Shown piece after piece: positions 31,525 through 43,867 of a stretch of DNA of 64,000 nt. The stretch comes from Candidatus Eiseniibacteriota bacterium (GTDB taxonomy: Bacteria > Eisenbacteria > RBG-16-71-46). Position 1 is the stretch's first letter. Each line of letters starts with the position of its first letter. The stretch is from assembly GCA_963725865.1 (NCBI GenBank), contig CAVSAC010000019.1, positions 96,001 to 160,000 on the forward strand, given 5' to 3'. The position numbers and the translations under genes were made by a program. The notes beneath the pieces were generated by a model, which was not told the DNA's origin, ran no database searches, and worked only from the letters and a program-made list of their open reading frames with translations.

Positions 31525-31905
31525 GTGCCGGTGTGCGGGATCGGTGTGGACATCTGCAGGGTGGAACGGCTGGCCGCCTCGCTCGGCCGCTTTGGCGAGC
31601 GCATGGAGAAGCGCCTGTTCACGCCCGCCGAGCTGGCGTACGCCCGCGGGCACGTGGACCCGATCCCGCACCTGGCGGCGCGGTTCGCGGCCAAGGAGGC
31701 GGCGTCCAAGGCGCTCGGCACCGGCATGGCGGGCGGGGTGGGCTGGACCCAGATCGAGGTGGTGCAGCCCGGCGGACAGCGCCCGACGCTGGTGTTCACC
31801 GGCGTGGCGCTTGCGCGGCTCGGTGACCTCGGCGCGACGCGCTCGCATCTCAGCCTCTCGCATGACGGCGGCCTGGCGGTGGCGTGCGTGGTGATCGAGC
31901 GCTGA
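31525..31905 (+). CDS. acpS: Holo-[acyl-carrier-protein] synthase
   Basis: GIGVDI, LAARFAAKEAASKALGTG, HLSLSHD; GGAGG RBS before GTG 31525. Confidence 0.93.
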   Translation: MPVCGIGVDICRVERLAASLGRFGERMEKRLFTPAELAYARGHVDPIPHLAARFAAKEAASKALGTGMAGGVGWTQIEVVQPGGQRPTLVFTGVALARLGDLGATRSHLSLSHDGGLAVACVVIER

Positions 31906-31906
31906 C

Positions 31907-33418
31907 GTGAAGCCGATCCGGCGGGTGCTGATCGCGAACCGCGGCGAGATCGCCGTGCGCGTCATCCGCACGCTGCGCGAGCGTGACGTCACCTCGATCG
32001 CGGTCTTCAGCGAGCCGGATCGCGCGTCGATGCACGTGCTGCTCGCCGACGAGGCCTACCCGATCGGCCCCGGCCCCGCGCGCGAGTCGTACCTGAACAT
32101 GGAGCGGATCCTGGAGACCGCGGTGCGCGTGAAGGCGGATGCCATCCATCCGGGCTACGGGTTCTTCGCCGAGAACGCCGAGTTCGCGCGCGCGTGCGCT
32201 CGGGCCGGCCTCGTGTTCGTCGGCCCGCGTCCCGAGACCATCGACGCGCTCGGTGACAAGCTGCGCGCGCGCGCGGTCGCGCAGGCCGCCGGCGTGCCGC
32301 TGGTGCCGGGCTCCGACGGGCCGGTCGCCTCGCTCGAGGACGCGCGGGCGGTGGCGAAGCGCATCGGCTGGCCGCTGATGCTCAAGGCCGCCGCGGGCGG
32401 CGGCGGGAAGGGCATGCGCGTCGTGCGCGGCGACGCCGAGCTGGCGTCCGCGTGGTCGCTCACGCGCGGCGAGGCGGCGGCCGCGTTCGGCGACGACCGT
32501 GTGTACCTCGAGCGCTTCATCGAGAAGCCCCGCCACGTCGAGGCCCAGATCCTGGCCGACGGCACCGGACGGGTGGCGTTCCTGGGCGAGCGCGAGTGCT
32601 CGGTGCAACGCCGCCACCAGAAGCTGCTCGAGGAGTCGCCGAGCCCGGCGTTCACGCCGGCGATCCGCGCGCGCTTCGCCGAGGCCGCCGTGCGGATCGC
32701 GAGGCAGGTCGGTTACCTCAACGCGGGGACCGTCGAGTTCCTCCTCGATCCGCAGGGCGAGTTCTACTTCCTCGAGGTCAACACCCGCCTGCAGGTCGAG
32801 CACCCGGTGACCGAGATGGTGACCGGCCTCGACCTGGTGGCCGAACAGCTGGCGATCGCCGAGGGCGGCCCGCTCTCGTTCGGCGACCGCACTCCCGAGC
32901 CGCGCGGCTGGTCGATCGAGGCGCGGATCGTCGCCGAGGACCCGCGCGTGAACTTCATGCCGTCGCTGGGCCGCATCGGACGCGTGCGCTTCCCGCACGG
33001 ACCCGGGGTGCGCAACGACGGCGGGTTCTACCGCGGCTCCGACATCCCGGTCTACTACGACTCGCTGCTCGCCAAGCTGGTGGTATGGGGCCAGGATCGC
33101 GAGCAGGCTCGCCGCCGCCTGCTGCGCGCCCTCACCGAGTATCGGATCGACGGCGTGCACCACAACATCGCGTTCCACCTGTGGCTCGCCTCGCACCCCG
33201 AGTTCGTGGCCGGCCGGCTCTCGACCCGGTTCCTCGAGGATCATTTCGATCCCCGGGCACTCGGCCCCGGTCCCGCCGCCGAGGAGGCCGCGCTGTTCGC
33301 GGCCGCGCTGCACGCCCGCGAGGAGCGGCTCAGCATCGCGCTGCCCGCCGAGCGCCCGGACGCGCCGCGCTCGCCCTGGCGATGGGAACGCCCGGGCGGC
33401 GGCGGAGCGCGGCGATGA
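31907..33418 (+). CDS. accC: Biotin carboxylase subunit (acetyl/propionyl-CoA carboxylase alpha-type)
   Basis: [56 protein letters not shown]. Confidence 0.9.
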   Translation: MKPIRRVLIANRGEIAVRVIRTLRERDVTSIAVFSEPDRASMHVLLADEAYPIGPGPARESYLNMERILETAVRVKADAIHPGYGFFAENAEFARACARAGLVFVGPRPETIDALGDKLRARAVAQAAGVPLVPGSDGPVASLEDARAVAKRIGWPLMLKAAAGGGGKGMRVVRGDAELASAWSLTRGEAAAAFGDDRVYLERFIEKPRHVEAQILADGTGRVAFLGERECSVQRRHQKLLEESPSPAFTPAIRARFAEAAVRIARQVGYLNAGTVEFLLDPQGEFYFLEVNTRLQVEHPVTEMVTGLDLVAEQLAIAEGGPLSFGDRTPEPRGWSIEARIVAEDPRVNFMPSLGRIGRVRFPHGPGVRNDGGFYRGSDIPVYYDSLLAKLVVWGQDREQARRRLLRALTEYRIDGVHHNIAFHLWLASHPEFVAGRLSTRFLEDHFDPRALGPGPAAEEAALFAAALHAREERLSIALPAERPDAPRSPWRWERPGGGGARR

Positions 33419-33929
33419 AGCTCTGGGTCTCGCTGGCGGGCGGCCGCGACGCCGAGGTGGAGTTCACCACCGAGGGCAAGCGCGTGTTCCTCGAGATCGA
33501 TGGCCGGCGGATGGAGGCCGACTTCCACCGGCTGCCCGACGGCGAGGTGTACTCGCTGCTGGTGGACGGGCGCTCGCACGAGGTGCGGGTCTCGCCCACC
33601 GGGGGCGCGCTCGAGGTGACGGTGCACGGCACCCAGATGATGGTCGAGGTCCGCCACCCGCTCGAGAAGCTGCTGGCCCAGCAGCAGACCGCGGCCGGCC
33701 GCACGGAGGGCGAGACGGTGTCGGCGCCGATGCCGGGGCTGGTGGTGGCGCTGCGCGTGAAGGTCGGCGATGCCGTGGTGCCGGGCCAGGCCGTGGTGGT
33801 GGTCGAGGCGATGAAGATGCAGAACGAGTTGCTCGCGCGCACCGGCGGAGTGGTGACCGAGGTACTGGTGGCCGAGCGCCAGACCGTGAGCAGCGGCCAG
33901 CCGCTGCTGCGCATGCGGCCGGCGGGCGC

Positions 33930-33933
<4 letters not shown>
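33415..33933 (+). CDS. Biotin carboxyl carrier protein
   Basis: [15 protein letters not shown] biotinylation motif. Confidence 0.9.
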
Positions 33934-35581
<1,648 letters not shown>

Positions 35582-35585
<4 letters not shown>

Positions 35586-36049
35586 AGCCGAAGCGCCCGA
35601 CGCCCAGCGGCCCGGTGACCGGCCTCTCGCACGTCGCCATCGCCACGCGCGACGCCGCGGCGCTGGCCGGCATGCTGGCCGGCGCGCTCGGGGCGGTGCG
35701 CGGCGCGGAGGAGACCCTCGACCACGGCACGCTGCGCGTGGTGTTCCTACACCTCGGCCCGGTGACGCTCGAGCTGCTCGAGCCGCTCGCGCCGGACCAC
35801 ACGGTGGCGCGCTTCCTCGACACCCGCGGCCCGGGGCTCCACCACGTGAGCCTCGAGGTCGCCGACATCGTTCAGGCGCTCGCGCAGGCGCGGGCGGCCG
35901 GGGCGAAGCTGGTGGACGAGACGCCGCGACCCGGCGCGCACGGCACCCAGGTGGCGTTCCTGCATCCCAAGAGCCTCGGCGGCATGCTCGTCGAGCTGTG
36001 CCAGGCTCCGAAGCCGGCCGCGCGAACGAGCCGCACCCCCGAGCCGTGA
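35582..36049 (+). CDS. mce: Methylmalonyl-CoA epimerase
   Basis: [38 protein letters not shown]. Confidence 0.9.
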
Positions 36050-37674
36050 TGCGACGCAGCGGCGCCTGGTTCGTCGCGCTGCTCGCGCTCGACGCGCTGC
36101 TGCGCCTGGCGGTCGTGATGCGGCCGCTCGGGCAGCTCGACGGGCTGCTGATCCCCGACGACGCCTACCTCTCACTCCACGTCGCCCGCAGCATCGCGCA
36201 GGGCCTGGGGCCGTGGTACGAGATCGGCTGGACCAACGGAGTCCAGCCGCTCTACGTGATGCTGATGGTGCCGGTGCACGCGGTGTTCCCCAACGACCCG
36301 GGCCGCGCGGCGCACGTGGCCGTGCTGCTGCTCGCCTTCTGCGACGTGCTGTCGCTGGCGGCGCTGTGGCGGCTGGTCGGACGCTGGACGCGCCGCCCCG
36401 CCGCGCGGGTGGTGGCGGCGCTCGCATGGGTGTTCAGCCCCTGGGCGCTGCAGACCTCGGTGAACGGACTCGAGACCACGCTCGCCTTCCTGACGCTGGT
36501 GCTGGTGTTCGACGCCGCGCGCTCGCTCGAGGTCGCGGGGCCCGCGGCGTGGACCCGCGGCGCCGTGGCGTGGCTGGGGGTGCTGATCGGGCTCGCCGGG
36601 CTTGCGCGCATCGACGGGCTGCTCGCGGCGCCGGCGGTGGCGTGGATGCTCGCGGCGTCCGCGCGCGCGCACGGCGTGCCGCTGCGACGGGTCGGCTCCG
36701 CGCTGGCCGGGGCGGGTGCGGTGGCCGCGCTGGTGATGCTGCCGTGGGCGGCGTATGCGTGGCTCCACACCGGCCGGGTGCTGCCCATCAGCGGGCTGGC
36801 GGTGCGCCAGCTGATGCTCGACGAGGTGGACTGGAAGCCCGGGTTCGCGAATCTCTACGGCCCGATGCTCGAGCGCATCGCGATCACGGTGGCCCGCAAG
36901 TCGGCGCTCCCGATCGCGCTGATCGGCGTGCTCGCGGCCGCGATCGCGGCGATGGGCCGGCGCGCGGGGCTGGCCGAGTTCGGGCGCCGGCTGGGCTCGC
37001 TCGCGGGCCCCTGGGGATTCGCGCTCCTGCTCGCCGCGGCGTACGCGTTCGTGATCTACGCGTCGTGGTACTTCAACCGCTACCTGTTCCCGTTCACGCT
37101 GCCGCTGCTGCTCACACTCGCGGTCGCGACCGAGGTCCTGCTCGAGTGCCTCGACGACCGCCCGCGGGCGCGCGCCGTCGCGGCGGCGCTGGCCGTCGTG
37201 CTGGTCGTGGGGGGAGCGCTGCAGCCCCCGTTCGTGAAGAGCTTCGTGTCCGCCGAGAGCGTGCGGCTCGGCTACCTGCGCCTGGGACTGTGGGCGCGCG
37301 ACCAGTTCCCGCCCGGCACCCGCATCGGAGCGCTGCAGTCGGGCGCCCTCGGCTACTTCGCGCCGCGCCTGGTGGTCGTGAACCTCGACGGCGTGGTGAA
37401 CGCCGACGCGGCCGCGGCGGTGGCGCGGCGCGACCTGCTCGGCTACGCGCGCCGCAGCGGCGTGGAGTGGATCGTCGGCTGGCGGCAGGACGAGGGCTTC
37501 TACCAGCGGCGCTCGGCCGACTACCGGCCCGGCGACCTCCAGCTCGTCCAGGAGATCCGCGGATTCACCAGCTGGAACCAGCCCTGGTTCCTGTATCGCC
37601 TGCGCCCGGCAGCGGAGCGCGATTCGACCTCGCCCGCGCCCGCCGGCGCGCACCCCGCGGCTCCCGGCCGCTGA
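36046..37674 (+). CDS. GT-C-fold polytopic glycosyltransferase-like membrane protein
   Basis: DDAYLSLHVARSIAQG, TNGVQPL, NGLET, LARID, SGALGYF..VNLDGVVN. Confidence 0.65.
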   Translation: MMRRSGAWFVALLALDALLRLAVVMRPLGQLDGLLIPDDAYLSLHVARSIAQGLGPWYEIGWTNGVQPLYVMLMVPVHAVFPNDPGRAAHVAVLLLAFCDVLSLAALWRLVGRWTRRPAARVVAALAWVFSPWALQTSVNGLETTLAFLTLVLVFDAARSLEVAGPAAWTRGAVAWLGVLIGLAGLARIDGLLAAPAVAWMLAASARAHGVPLRRVGSALAGAGAVAALVMLPWAAYAWLHTGRVLPISGLAVRQLMLDEVDWKPGFANLYGPMLERIAITVARKSALPIALIGVLAAAIAAMGRRAGLAEFGRRLGSLAGPWGFALLLAAAYAFVIYASWYFNRYLFPFTLPLLLTLAVATEVLLECLDDRPRARAVAAALAVVLVVGGALQPPFVKSFVSAESVRLGYLRLGLWARDQFPPGTRIGALQSGALGYFAPRLVVVNLDGVVNADAAAAVARRDLLGYARRSGVEWIVGWRQDEGFYQRRSADYRPGDLQLVQEIRGFTSWNQPWFLYRLRPAAERDSTSPAPAGAHPAAPGR

Positions 37675-37709
37675 GCGCGGCACCGCGGGCGCAGGAGCGG
37701 CGCGCGGAC

Positions 37710-38321
37710 TCAGACGTGCGGACGGCGCGCCAGGATCTGCACGGTCGAGGCGCGGCCGGTGTGGTAGCGCCCCTCGATCACGTCGCGCTCGATCTCGTGC
37801 GCGACGTCGAACTCCAGCCCGGCCAGCTCGTCGACCAGCGTGGCCACCGGCGCCAGGCGCTCGGGATCCTCGGGTCCGCCGGTGCGGAACTCGAGCTGGC
37901 GCGGACCGTATGCCTCGAACACGAACACCCCGCCCGGCGCGAGCCCCGCGACCGCGCGGCGATGCACGTCGCGCCGCAGCGCTGGCGCCAGGTGCACGAA
38001 CACCGAGACGATGCCCGACCACGCGCCCGGCGCGATGGCGAAGTCGGCGAGATCGGCGACCACGGTGGTGATGCCGACGCCGCGCGCGCGCGCGAGCGCC
38101 GCGGCCCTCGCCAACCCGACCGGCGACTGGTCCATCGCGGTCACTGCATGCCCCTGCTGCGCCAGGAACACGGCATTGCGTCCCTGGCCTTCCGCCAGGC
38201 ACAGCACCGGGCCCGCCGGGATGCGCGCGGCGCTCGCGCGGACGAAGTCGTTGGGCTGATCGCCGTACGCGTAGCCCTCCTCGGCGAAACGCTGGTCCCA
38301 GAATCCCTCGGGCCGCTGCAT
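37710..38321 (-). CDS. Class I SAM-dependent methyltransferase
   Basis: FWDQRF..YAYGDQPN, LCLAEGQGRNA, GLAPGG. Confidence 0.88.
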   Translation of the reverse strand: MQRPEGFWDQRFAEEGYAYGDQPNDFVRASAARIPAGPVLCLAEGQGRNAVFLAQQGHAVTAMDQSPVGLARAAALARARGVGITTVVADLADFAIAPGAWSGIVSVFVHLAPALRRDVHRRAVAGLAPGGVFVFEAYGPRQLEFRTGGPEDPERLAPVATLVDELAGLEFDVAHEIERDVIEGRYHTGRASTVQILARRPHV

Positions 38322-38392
38322 GGCGATGTCTCCGCGTGCGCGTCGATGCGCCGCGCGTGCATCGCGGCGCGAATCGCGTCATCCTGACGCCC

Positions 38393-38935
38393 ATGCTCAC
38401 CCGACCGCAACCGCGCGTGGTCCGCAACACGCGCGCGTCGCTCGACCGCGACACCTGCGGACAGGCGGCGGTCGCCACCGTGCTCGCCACACTCGGCGTT
38501 GGCCCGTTCGCGGGCGATCCTCCGCTTGGCGACGCGGAGGCGATCGACCTGGTGCGTGCGGCGTACCCACCCGACCTGCCGTTCGGACTCGGCACCAGCG
38601 CCGGGCGCATCGCCGCGGCGCTGCGCGGTCACGGCGTGCCGGCGCGGGTGATCCACGCGGGGATGTTCGGAATCGGGGCCGCGGCGGCGTGGGACCAGGT
38701 CCGCGCCCGGGTCCAGGACGGCGTGCCTGTACCGGTGTGCGTCGACGACGGGCGGATCGGCGGCATCCCGTGGGGCGCTCACTGGGCGATCGTGATCGGC
38801 GCCACCGCCGAGCGCGTGCGGCTCGGCAATGCGGCGCCCCACGGCGAGCTGCCGCTCGCGCGATTCGTCGCCGCCTGGCGCTGCCGTCAACTGCCGTGGC
38901 CCTACGACTGCTGCGCGGTGCTCGCCGGGCGCTGA
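38393..38935 (+). CDS. C39-like cysteine peptidase domain protein
   Basis: TCGQAAVAT (Cys), GTS, HWAIVIG (His), LGN; no ABC transporter domain. Start uncertain (GTG 38336 possible). Confidence 0.6.
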   Translation: MLTRPQPRVVRNTRASLDRDTCGQAAVATVLATLGVGPFAGDPPLGDAEAIDLVRAAYPPDLPFGLGTSAGRIAAALRGHGVPARVIHAGMFGIGAAAAWDQVRARVQDGVPVPVCVDDGRIGGIPWGAHWAIVIGATAERVRLGNAAPHGELPLARFVAAWRCRQLPWPYDCCAVLAGR

Positions 38936-39159
38936 GCGGCTGCGTTCCACGGCGTGTCGCGCGGCCGCCCGCCCCGGCAATCCGGTGCCGCGCATCGGAC
39001 TGGCGTGCAGGTGCCGACGGCGGCCTCGGCGGCGTCCCGCGCGAGGGCGATTCCGCGTGCCCTGCCCCCACCGGAGTGCTAGCCTGCGTTCTCGGCCGCA
39101 GTCTCGCGATCCACCCTCGGGATCGTGCCCTCGTGACACCCCTGACCGTCGGAGACCCC

Positions 39160-39804
39160 ATGCGCACCGCCACCCTGCTTCGTTCCATCCTCGTCCCGGT
39201 CGCCATCGCGACGGTAGCCGGCCTCGCTCAGGCCGCGTCGACCACCATCGTCATCAGCGAGTTCCGCACCCGCGGCGCGGCCGGCGCGAACGACGAGATC
39301 GTCGAGCTGTGGAACCGCTCCGCTTCCGTCCAGAGCATCGCCGGATGGAAGCTCAATGGCTCGAACACCGCCGGCACCACCAGCACGCGCGCGACCGTGC
39401 CGGCCGGCGTCACGCTCGGACCCGGCTGCTACTACCTGCTGGTGAACGGCGCGGCGACGGCCAGCATCGTCGCGCTCGCCGACCAGACCTTCGCCGTCGG
39501 CATCACGGATGACGGCGGTATCGCGATCCTCGATCCGACGAACGCGATCATCGACCAGGCCGGCATGAGCGCCACCTCGGCCTACAAGGAAGGCACCGTC
39601 CTGGCGCCGCTCACCACGAACGTCGACCAGAGCTACGAGCGCAAGCCCGGCGGCACGTCGGGCCACGTGATCGACACGGACGACAACGCGAACGACTTCC
39701 AGTTGATCACGCCCGCGACGCCGCAGAACCGCACGGCCACCTGTCTGGTGGCGACCGCGACCCACGAGCCGACCTGGGGTCGCGTGAAGATGCTGTACCG
39801 CTAG
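39160..39804 (+). CDS. Secreted lamin-tail-domain protein ending TWGRVKMLYR
   Basis: Signal peptide, IVISEFRTRG..DEIVELWN..IAGWKL, DTDDNANDF; C-terminal motif. Confidence 0.8.
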   Translation: MRTATLLRSILVPVAIATVAGLAQAASTTIVISEFRTRGAAGANDEIVELWNRSASVQSIAGWKLNGSNTAGTTSTRATVPAGVTLGPGCYYLLVNGAATASIVALADQTFAVGITDDGGIAILDPTNAIIDQAGMSATSAYKEGTVLAPLTTNVDQSYERKPGGTSGHVIDTDDNANDFQLITPATPQNRTATCLVATATHEPTWGRVKMLYR

Positions 39805-39830
39805 CCGCGACGATCGCCGCGGAAACGAAC

Positions 39831-39858
39831 GGGGCCGGTCCCGCACGGGACCGGCCCC
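39831..39858. terminator. Probable bidirectional intrinsic terminator
   Basis: Perfect 12-bp stem GGGGCCGGTCCC/GGGACCGGCCCC with GCAC loop between convergent genes; GTTCGTTT follows on the minus strand. Confidence 0.7.
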
Positions 39859-39877
39859 TCGTCGTGCGCGGCGGCGC

Positions 39878-40999
39878 TCAGGCGCGGCGGAACGCGGTGC
39901 CCGCGCCGTAGGACTCGAACAGCTTGCCCCAGTTGGTCCGCAGGATCTGCTTCACGCGCGGCTTGCCGTTCACCGGGTACCAGAACCCGTCGTGGTACGC
40001 GCGCGAGGCGAGATAGCTCCACGGCACGATCGGCGAGCGCAGCAGCAGATTCTCGAGCGGCTTGAGCGGTCCCCAGTAGATGAGCTTCTGGCCACGCGAG
40101 GCGAGCGTGTTCTCGTTGAGCGAGCCGCGGAAGCCGAAGTTCACGTGGCGGATGTCCTCGCCGACGATCTCGATCTCGCTCGGATTGCCGACGCCGAGCC
40201 CCTGTTCGTGCGCGAGCCGGATGAACTTGAGGTCCTGCATCGGATCGAAGCCCATCATCTTCGCGGCGATCGCGTCGATCGCGACGCAGTCGCTGGAGGC
40301 GAGGATGTAGTTCTTCACGTGCGGGCGCATGCAGCGCGGCCCGGGGCCGTCGCCGACCACGGTGCCGTCCATCACCGCGAAGATGCCGGGATGGATTTCC
40401 TTCTGGATCCGCAGCAGGTCGACGAGCGTCTCGTGGATGACCGAGTGGGTCCAGTGGCGGTTCAGGTTGAGCAGCCCGCCGAACGCGTTCTTCATCGCGC
40501 CCGTCGTGCCGGTGAAGATGTGCGTCTTTACCGTCGGCATGTGGATCACGTTGCGGCCGATCAGCGATTTCGGGATCTGGATGCCCTGCTTCTCGTACAC
40601 GCGGTCCAGAACCAGCATCTTGCCCTTGGGCTGATAGCGGACCCACTCCGTGGGTGGCTCGCTCAGGTACTGGATCGGGACGTTGTACCGATCGAGCACC
40701 GGCGCGAGGTGGTTGTTCACGGTGCCTTCGCGGCACGACACCACGACGGTGTCGTTCTGGGCCGCGATCAGGTCCCGCGCGACGTCGTAGTTGTCGCGCT
40801 TCAGCTTCTCGATGACGCCGTGCATCTGCCACGGCGTGGTCGAGCACGCCGGCATGTAGACGTGCCACGAGATGTTGATGCGCAGGCAGGTCTGCTTGTC
40901 GAACGGCAGCGCCTCGCGGTAGCCCGCCATGTCCATCAGGCGGCCGTAGTCCTCGACGACGGTCTCGGGCGAAGTGCGCAGGACGGCGACTTTCGACAT
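39878..40999 (-). CDS. DUF362 family (putative Fe-S) protein
   Basis: MPTVKTHIFTGTTGAMKNAFGG, VMDGTVVGDGPGP, DCVAIDAIAAKMMGFDP. Confidence 0.8.
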   Translation of the reverse strand: MSKVAVLRTSPETVVEDYGRLMDMAGYREALPFDKQTCLRINISWHVYMPACSTTPWQMHGVIEKLKRDNYDVARDLIAAQNDTVVVSCREGTVNNHLAPVLDRYNVPIQYLSEPPTEWVRYQPKGKMLVLDRVYEKQGIQIPKSLIGRNVIHMPTVKTHIFTGTTGAMKNAFGGLLNLNRHWTHSVIHETLVDLLRIQKEIHPGIFAVMDGTVVGDGPGPRCMRPHVKNYILASSDCVAIDAIAAKMMGFDPMQDLKFIRLAHEQGLGVGNPSEIEIVGEDIRHVNFGFRGSLNENTLASRGQKLIYWGPLKPLENLLLRSPIVPWSYLASRAYHDGFWYPVNGKPRVKQILRTNWGKLFESYGAGTAFRRA

Positions 41000-41078
41000 C
41001 GGAGGCTCCTGGCGGAGGAGGTCCCTGGGGCTGCTTCGCGACCTCGCGAGAATAGCAGGGATCGGCCTCCGCTGCGGT

Positions 41079-42230
41079 TCAGACCTTCGCGCCGTCCTTG
41101 AGCAGGCTACGCGCGATCACGAGCCGCTGGATCTCGGAGGCGCCCTCGTAGATCTCCATCACGCGCGCGTCGCGGTAGTAGCGCTCGACCGCGTACTCCT
41201 TCACGTAGCCGTAGCCGCCGTGCACCTGGATCGCCTGGTGCGTGACCCAGGTCGCGGCCTCGCTGGCGTAGAGCTTGGCCATCGCCGCCTCGCGCGTGTA
41301 CGGCCGCTCGCTGTCGCGCAGCCACGCCGCGCGCTGGATCAGCAGCCGCGACGCCTGGATGCGGCGCTCCATCTCGGCGAGCTTGAACTGCACCGCCTGC
41401 AGCTTCGCGAGCGGCGCGCCGAACGCGGTCCGCTGCTGGGCGTAGCGCACCGCATCGTCGAACGCCGCCCGCATCACGCCGAGCGCCTGCGCGCCCACCC
41501 CGATGCGGCCGGCGTCGAGCATGCTCATCGCGATCTTGAATCCGTCGCCCTCCGCCCCCAGCCGCTGTCCGGCCGGCACCCGCAGGTCCTCGAGCGAGAT
41601 CGCCACGGTGTCCGAGCCGCGCAGCCCCATCTTGTCCTCGGGCTTGCCGATCACCAGCCCCGGCGTGCCGCGCTCGACGATGAACACCGAGATGCCGCGG
41701 TTGCCGGCGGCACGATCGGTCTTCGCGAACACCAGGATGACCCCGGCGCGGAGCCCGTTCGTGACCCAGTTCTTGCTGCCGTGGAGCACGTACTGGTCAC
41801 CCTCGCGCACCGCGGAGGCCTCGAGTGCCCCGGCGTCCGAGCCCGCGCCCGGCTCCGAGAGCGAGAACGCCCCCAGCTCGCGGCTGACGAGGCGCGGCAG
41901 GTACCGCTTGCGCTGCTCGTCGGTGCCGAACCGGAACACCGGCATCGCGCCGACCGAGTTGTGGACCGCGATCATGATCGCGAGCGCGGCCGAGACGTAC
42001 GCGATCTCCTCGACCACCATCGTGATCGTGCGCGCGTCGTAGCCCAGTCCGCCCCACGACTCCGGGATCGCCATGCCGAGGAAGCCGGCCTCGGCGAGCC
42101 GCAGCACCGCGTCGTGCGGCACGGCGGTGTCGCGGTCCCAGCTCGCCGCGTGCGGAGCGAACTCCTTGCGGCACAGGTCGCGCACCGCGTCGCGGATCTG
42201 GATCTGGTCGGCGGTGAGGTCGAGGTTCAT
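41079..42230 (-). CDS. Acyl-CoA dehydrogenase
   Basis: [52 protein letters not shown]. Confidence 0.93.
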   Translation of the reverse strand: MNLDLTADQIQIRDAVRDLCRKEFAPHAASWDRDTAVPHDAVLRLAEAGFLGMAIPESWGGLGYDARTITMVVEEIAYVSAALAIMIAVHNSVGAMPVFRFGTDEQRKRYLPRLVSRELGAFSLSEPGAGSDAGALEASAVREGDQYVLHGSKNWVTNGLRAGVILVFAKTDRAAGNRGISVFIVERGTPGLVIGKPEDKMGLRGSDTVAISLEDLRVPAGQRLGAEGDGFKIAMSMLDAGRIGVGAQALGVMRAAFDDAVRYAQQRTAFGAPLAKLQAVQFKLAEMERRIQASRLLIQRAAWLRDSERPYTREAAMAKLYASEAATWVTHQAIQVHGGYGYVKEYAVERYYRDARVMEIYEGASEIQRLVIARSLLKDGAKV

Positions 42231-42237
42231 GCGGGGC

Positions 42238-42621
42238 TCAGGCGCTGACCTGCGCGGCATCCTCGCGGAACCGCAGCAGGCAGATCAGCCCGACGATGCC
42301 CATGATGCTGGGGCCGACCGGGCACAGCACCGTGAGCGCCGCCGCCAGGAGCGTGACCGGGTACGCCCGCGCGTCGCCGGCCCACAGGCCCGACACCCCT
42401 GCCAACCACAGGAGGCCGATCAGGGTCTTCGCCGCCAGCACCGGCACGAGCGGCACGTGGAGCCGCGTCGCCCACTCGATCCACGGACCGACCTGGCCCA
42501 TCAGCGTGAACTGCTCGCCGGTCACGAACGGATAGAGGCCCTGGAAGAGCAGCGTCAGGCCGGGGTAGATCGCGCACACGGTGAGGATCACGAGTGCGCC
42601 GGGGCGGATGGGTCGGGTCAT
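42238..42621 (-). CDS. Small membrane hypothetical protein
   Basis: About three hydrophobic segments; AGGAG RBS; co-oriented within the ACAD operon. Confidence 0.55.
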   Translation of the reverse strand: MTRPIRPGALVILTVCAIYPGLTLLFQGLYPFVTGEQFTLMGQVGPWIEWATRLHVPLVPVLAAKTLIGLLWLAGVSGLWAGDARAYPVTLLAAALTVLCPVGPSIMGIVGLICLLRFREDAAQVSA

Positions 42622-42673
42622 GCGTGGGCTCTCCTTCGTGGGTCCGGCCGCGTCGGGTGGCGGGCCGACCGGG

Positions 42674-43867
42674 TCAGGCCGCGTATTCGCGCACCGCTTC
42701 CTTCAGCACCTGGGCGGCGACCACCATCTTCTGCACCTCGGTCGTGCCCTCGTAGATCTCGCAGATCTTCGCGTCGCGCAGGTAGCGCTCGACGTGGAAC
42801 TCGGACAGGTAGCCGTAGCCGCCGTGCACCTGCACCGCCCAGTTGGCGCAACGCGTCGCCGCCTCGGAGGCGTGCCACTTGGCGAGCGAGGCCTCCTTGG
42901 TGTGCGAGCGGTCGCGGTCGCGCAGCCACGCGCTCTGGTACACCAGCAGCCGCGCGGTCTCGACCTCGACCGCGGAGTCCGCGAGCATCGCGCGGATGGC
43001 GTCGAACTCGCCGATCTTGCGGTCGAACTGGACGCGCTCGCCGGCGTACTTCACCGCCGCCTCCAGCGACGCCTGGGCGATCCCGAGCGCCTGCGCGGCG
43101 ATTCCGATGCGGCCGCCGCCGAGGGTGGCGAGCGCCACGGTATAGCCCTTGTTGAACTCGCCGAGCAGGTTCTCCTTCGGCACCCGCGCGTTCACCAGGG
43201 CGATCTCGCGCGTGTCGGAGGCGTGGATGCCGAGCTTGCGCTCCTTCTTGCCCTTGTTCACGCCCGGCGTGCCGGCGTCGATGATGAATGCCGAGATGCC
43301 CTTGGGGCCCAGCGTGCGGTCGGTCGAGGCGTAGGTGATGAGCACGTCGGCCGGGCCCGCGTTCGTGATGAACACCTTGGTGCCGTTCAGCACGTAGTGA
43401 TCGCCGTCCAGGACGGCGGTGGTCTCCTGGTTCGCCGCGTTGCTGCCCGCGTTCGGCTCGGTCAGCAGGTAGGCGCCCAGCAGCTCGCCCTTCGCGAGCG
43501 GCACGAGGTACTTCTGCTTCTGGGCCTCGTTGCCGTACGTCATCAGCGGGTAGCACACCAGCGAGTTGTTCACCGATGCGATCACGCCGTGGCTCGCGCA
43601 CGCGCGCGACAGCTCCTCGATGGCGATCACGTACGAGAGGTAGTCCATCCCCGCCCCGCCATAGGCCTCGGGCACGAACATGCCCAGCAGGCCCAGCTCG
43701 GCCATCTTCTTCACGTTCTCGGTCGGGAACTCGTGCGACTCGTCGATCCGCTCCGCGATCGGGCGGATCTCGGTCTCGGCGAAATCACGCACCATCTCCC
43801 GCACCGCGAGCTGGTCCTCGGAGAGATCGAACGACAGCCCGTCGCTGGCGGCCACGTCGGGGGTCAT
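42674..43867 (-). CDS. Acyl-CoA dehydrogenase (butyryl-CoA dehydrogenase-like)
   Basis: [48 protein letters not shown] 43867. Confidence 0.93.
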   Translation of the reverse strand: MTPDVAASDGLSFDLSEDQLAVREMVRDFAETEIRPIAERIDESHEFPTENVKKMAELGLLGMFVPEAYGGAGMDYLSYVIAIEELSRACASHGVIASVNNSLVCYPLMTYGNEAQKQKYLVPLAKGELLGAYLLTEPNAGSNAANQETTAVLDGDHYVLNGTKVFITNAGPADVLITYASTDRTLGPKGISAFIIDAGTPGVNKGKKERKLGIHASDTREIALVNARVPKENLLGEFNKGYTVALATLGGGRIGIAAQALGIAQASLEAAVKYAGERVQFDRKIGEFDAIRAMLADSAVEVETARLLVYQSAWLRDRDRSHTKEASLAKWHASEAATRCANWAVQVHGGYGYLSEFHVERYLRDAKICEIYEGTTEVQKMVVAAQVLKEAVREYAA

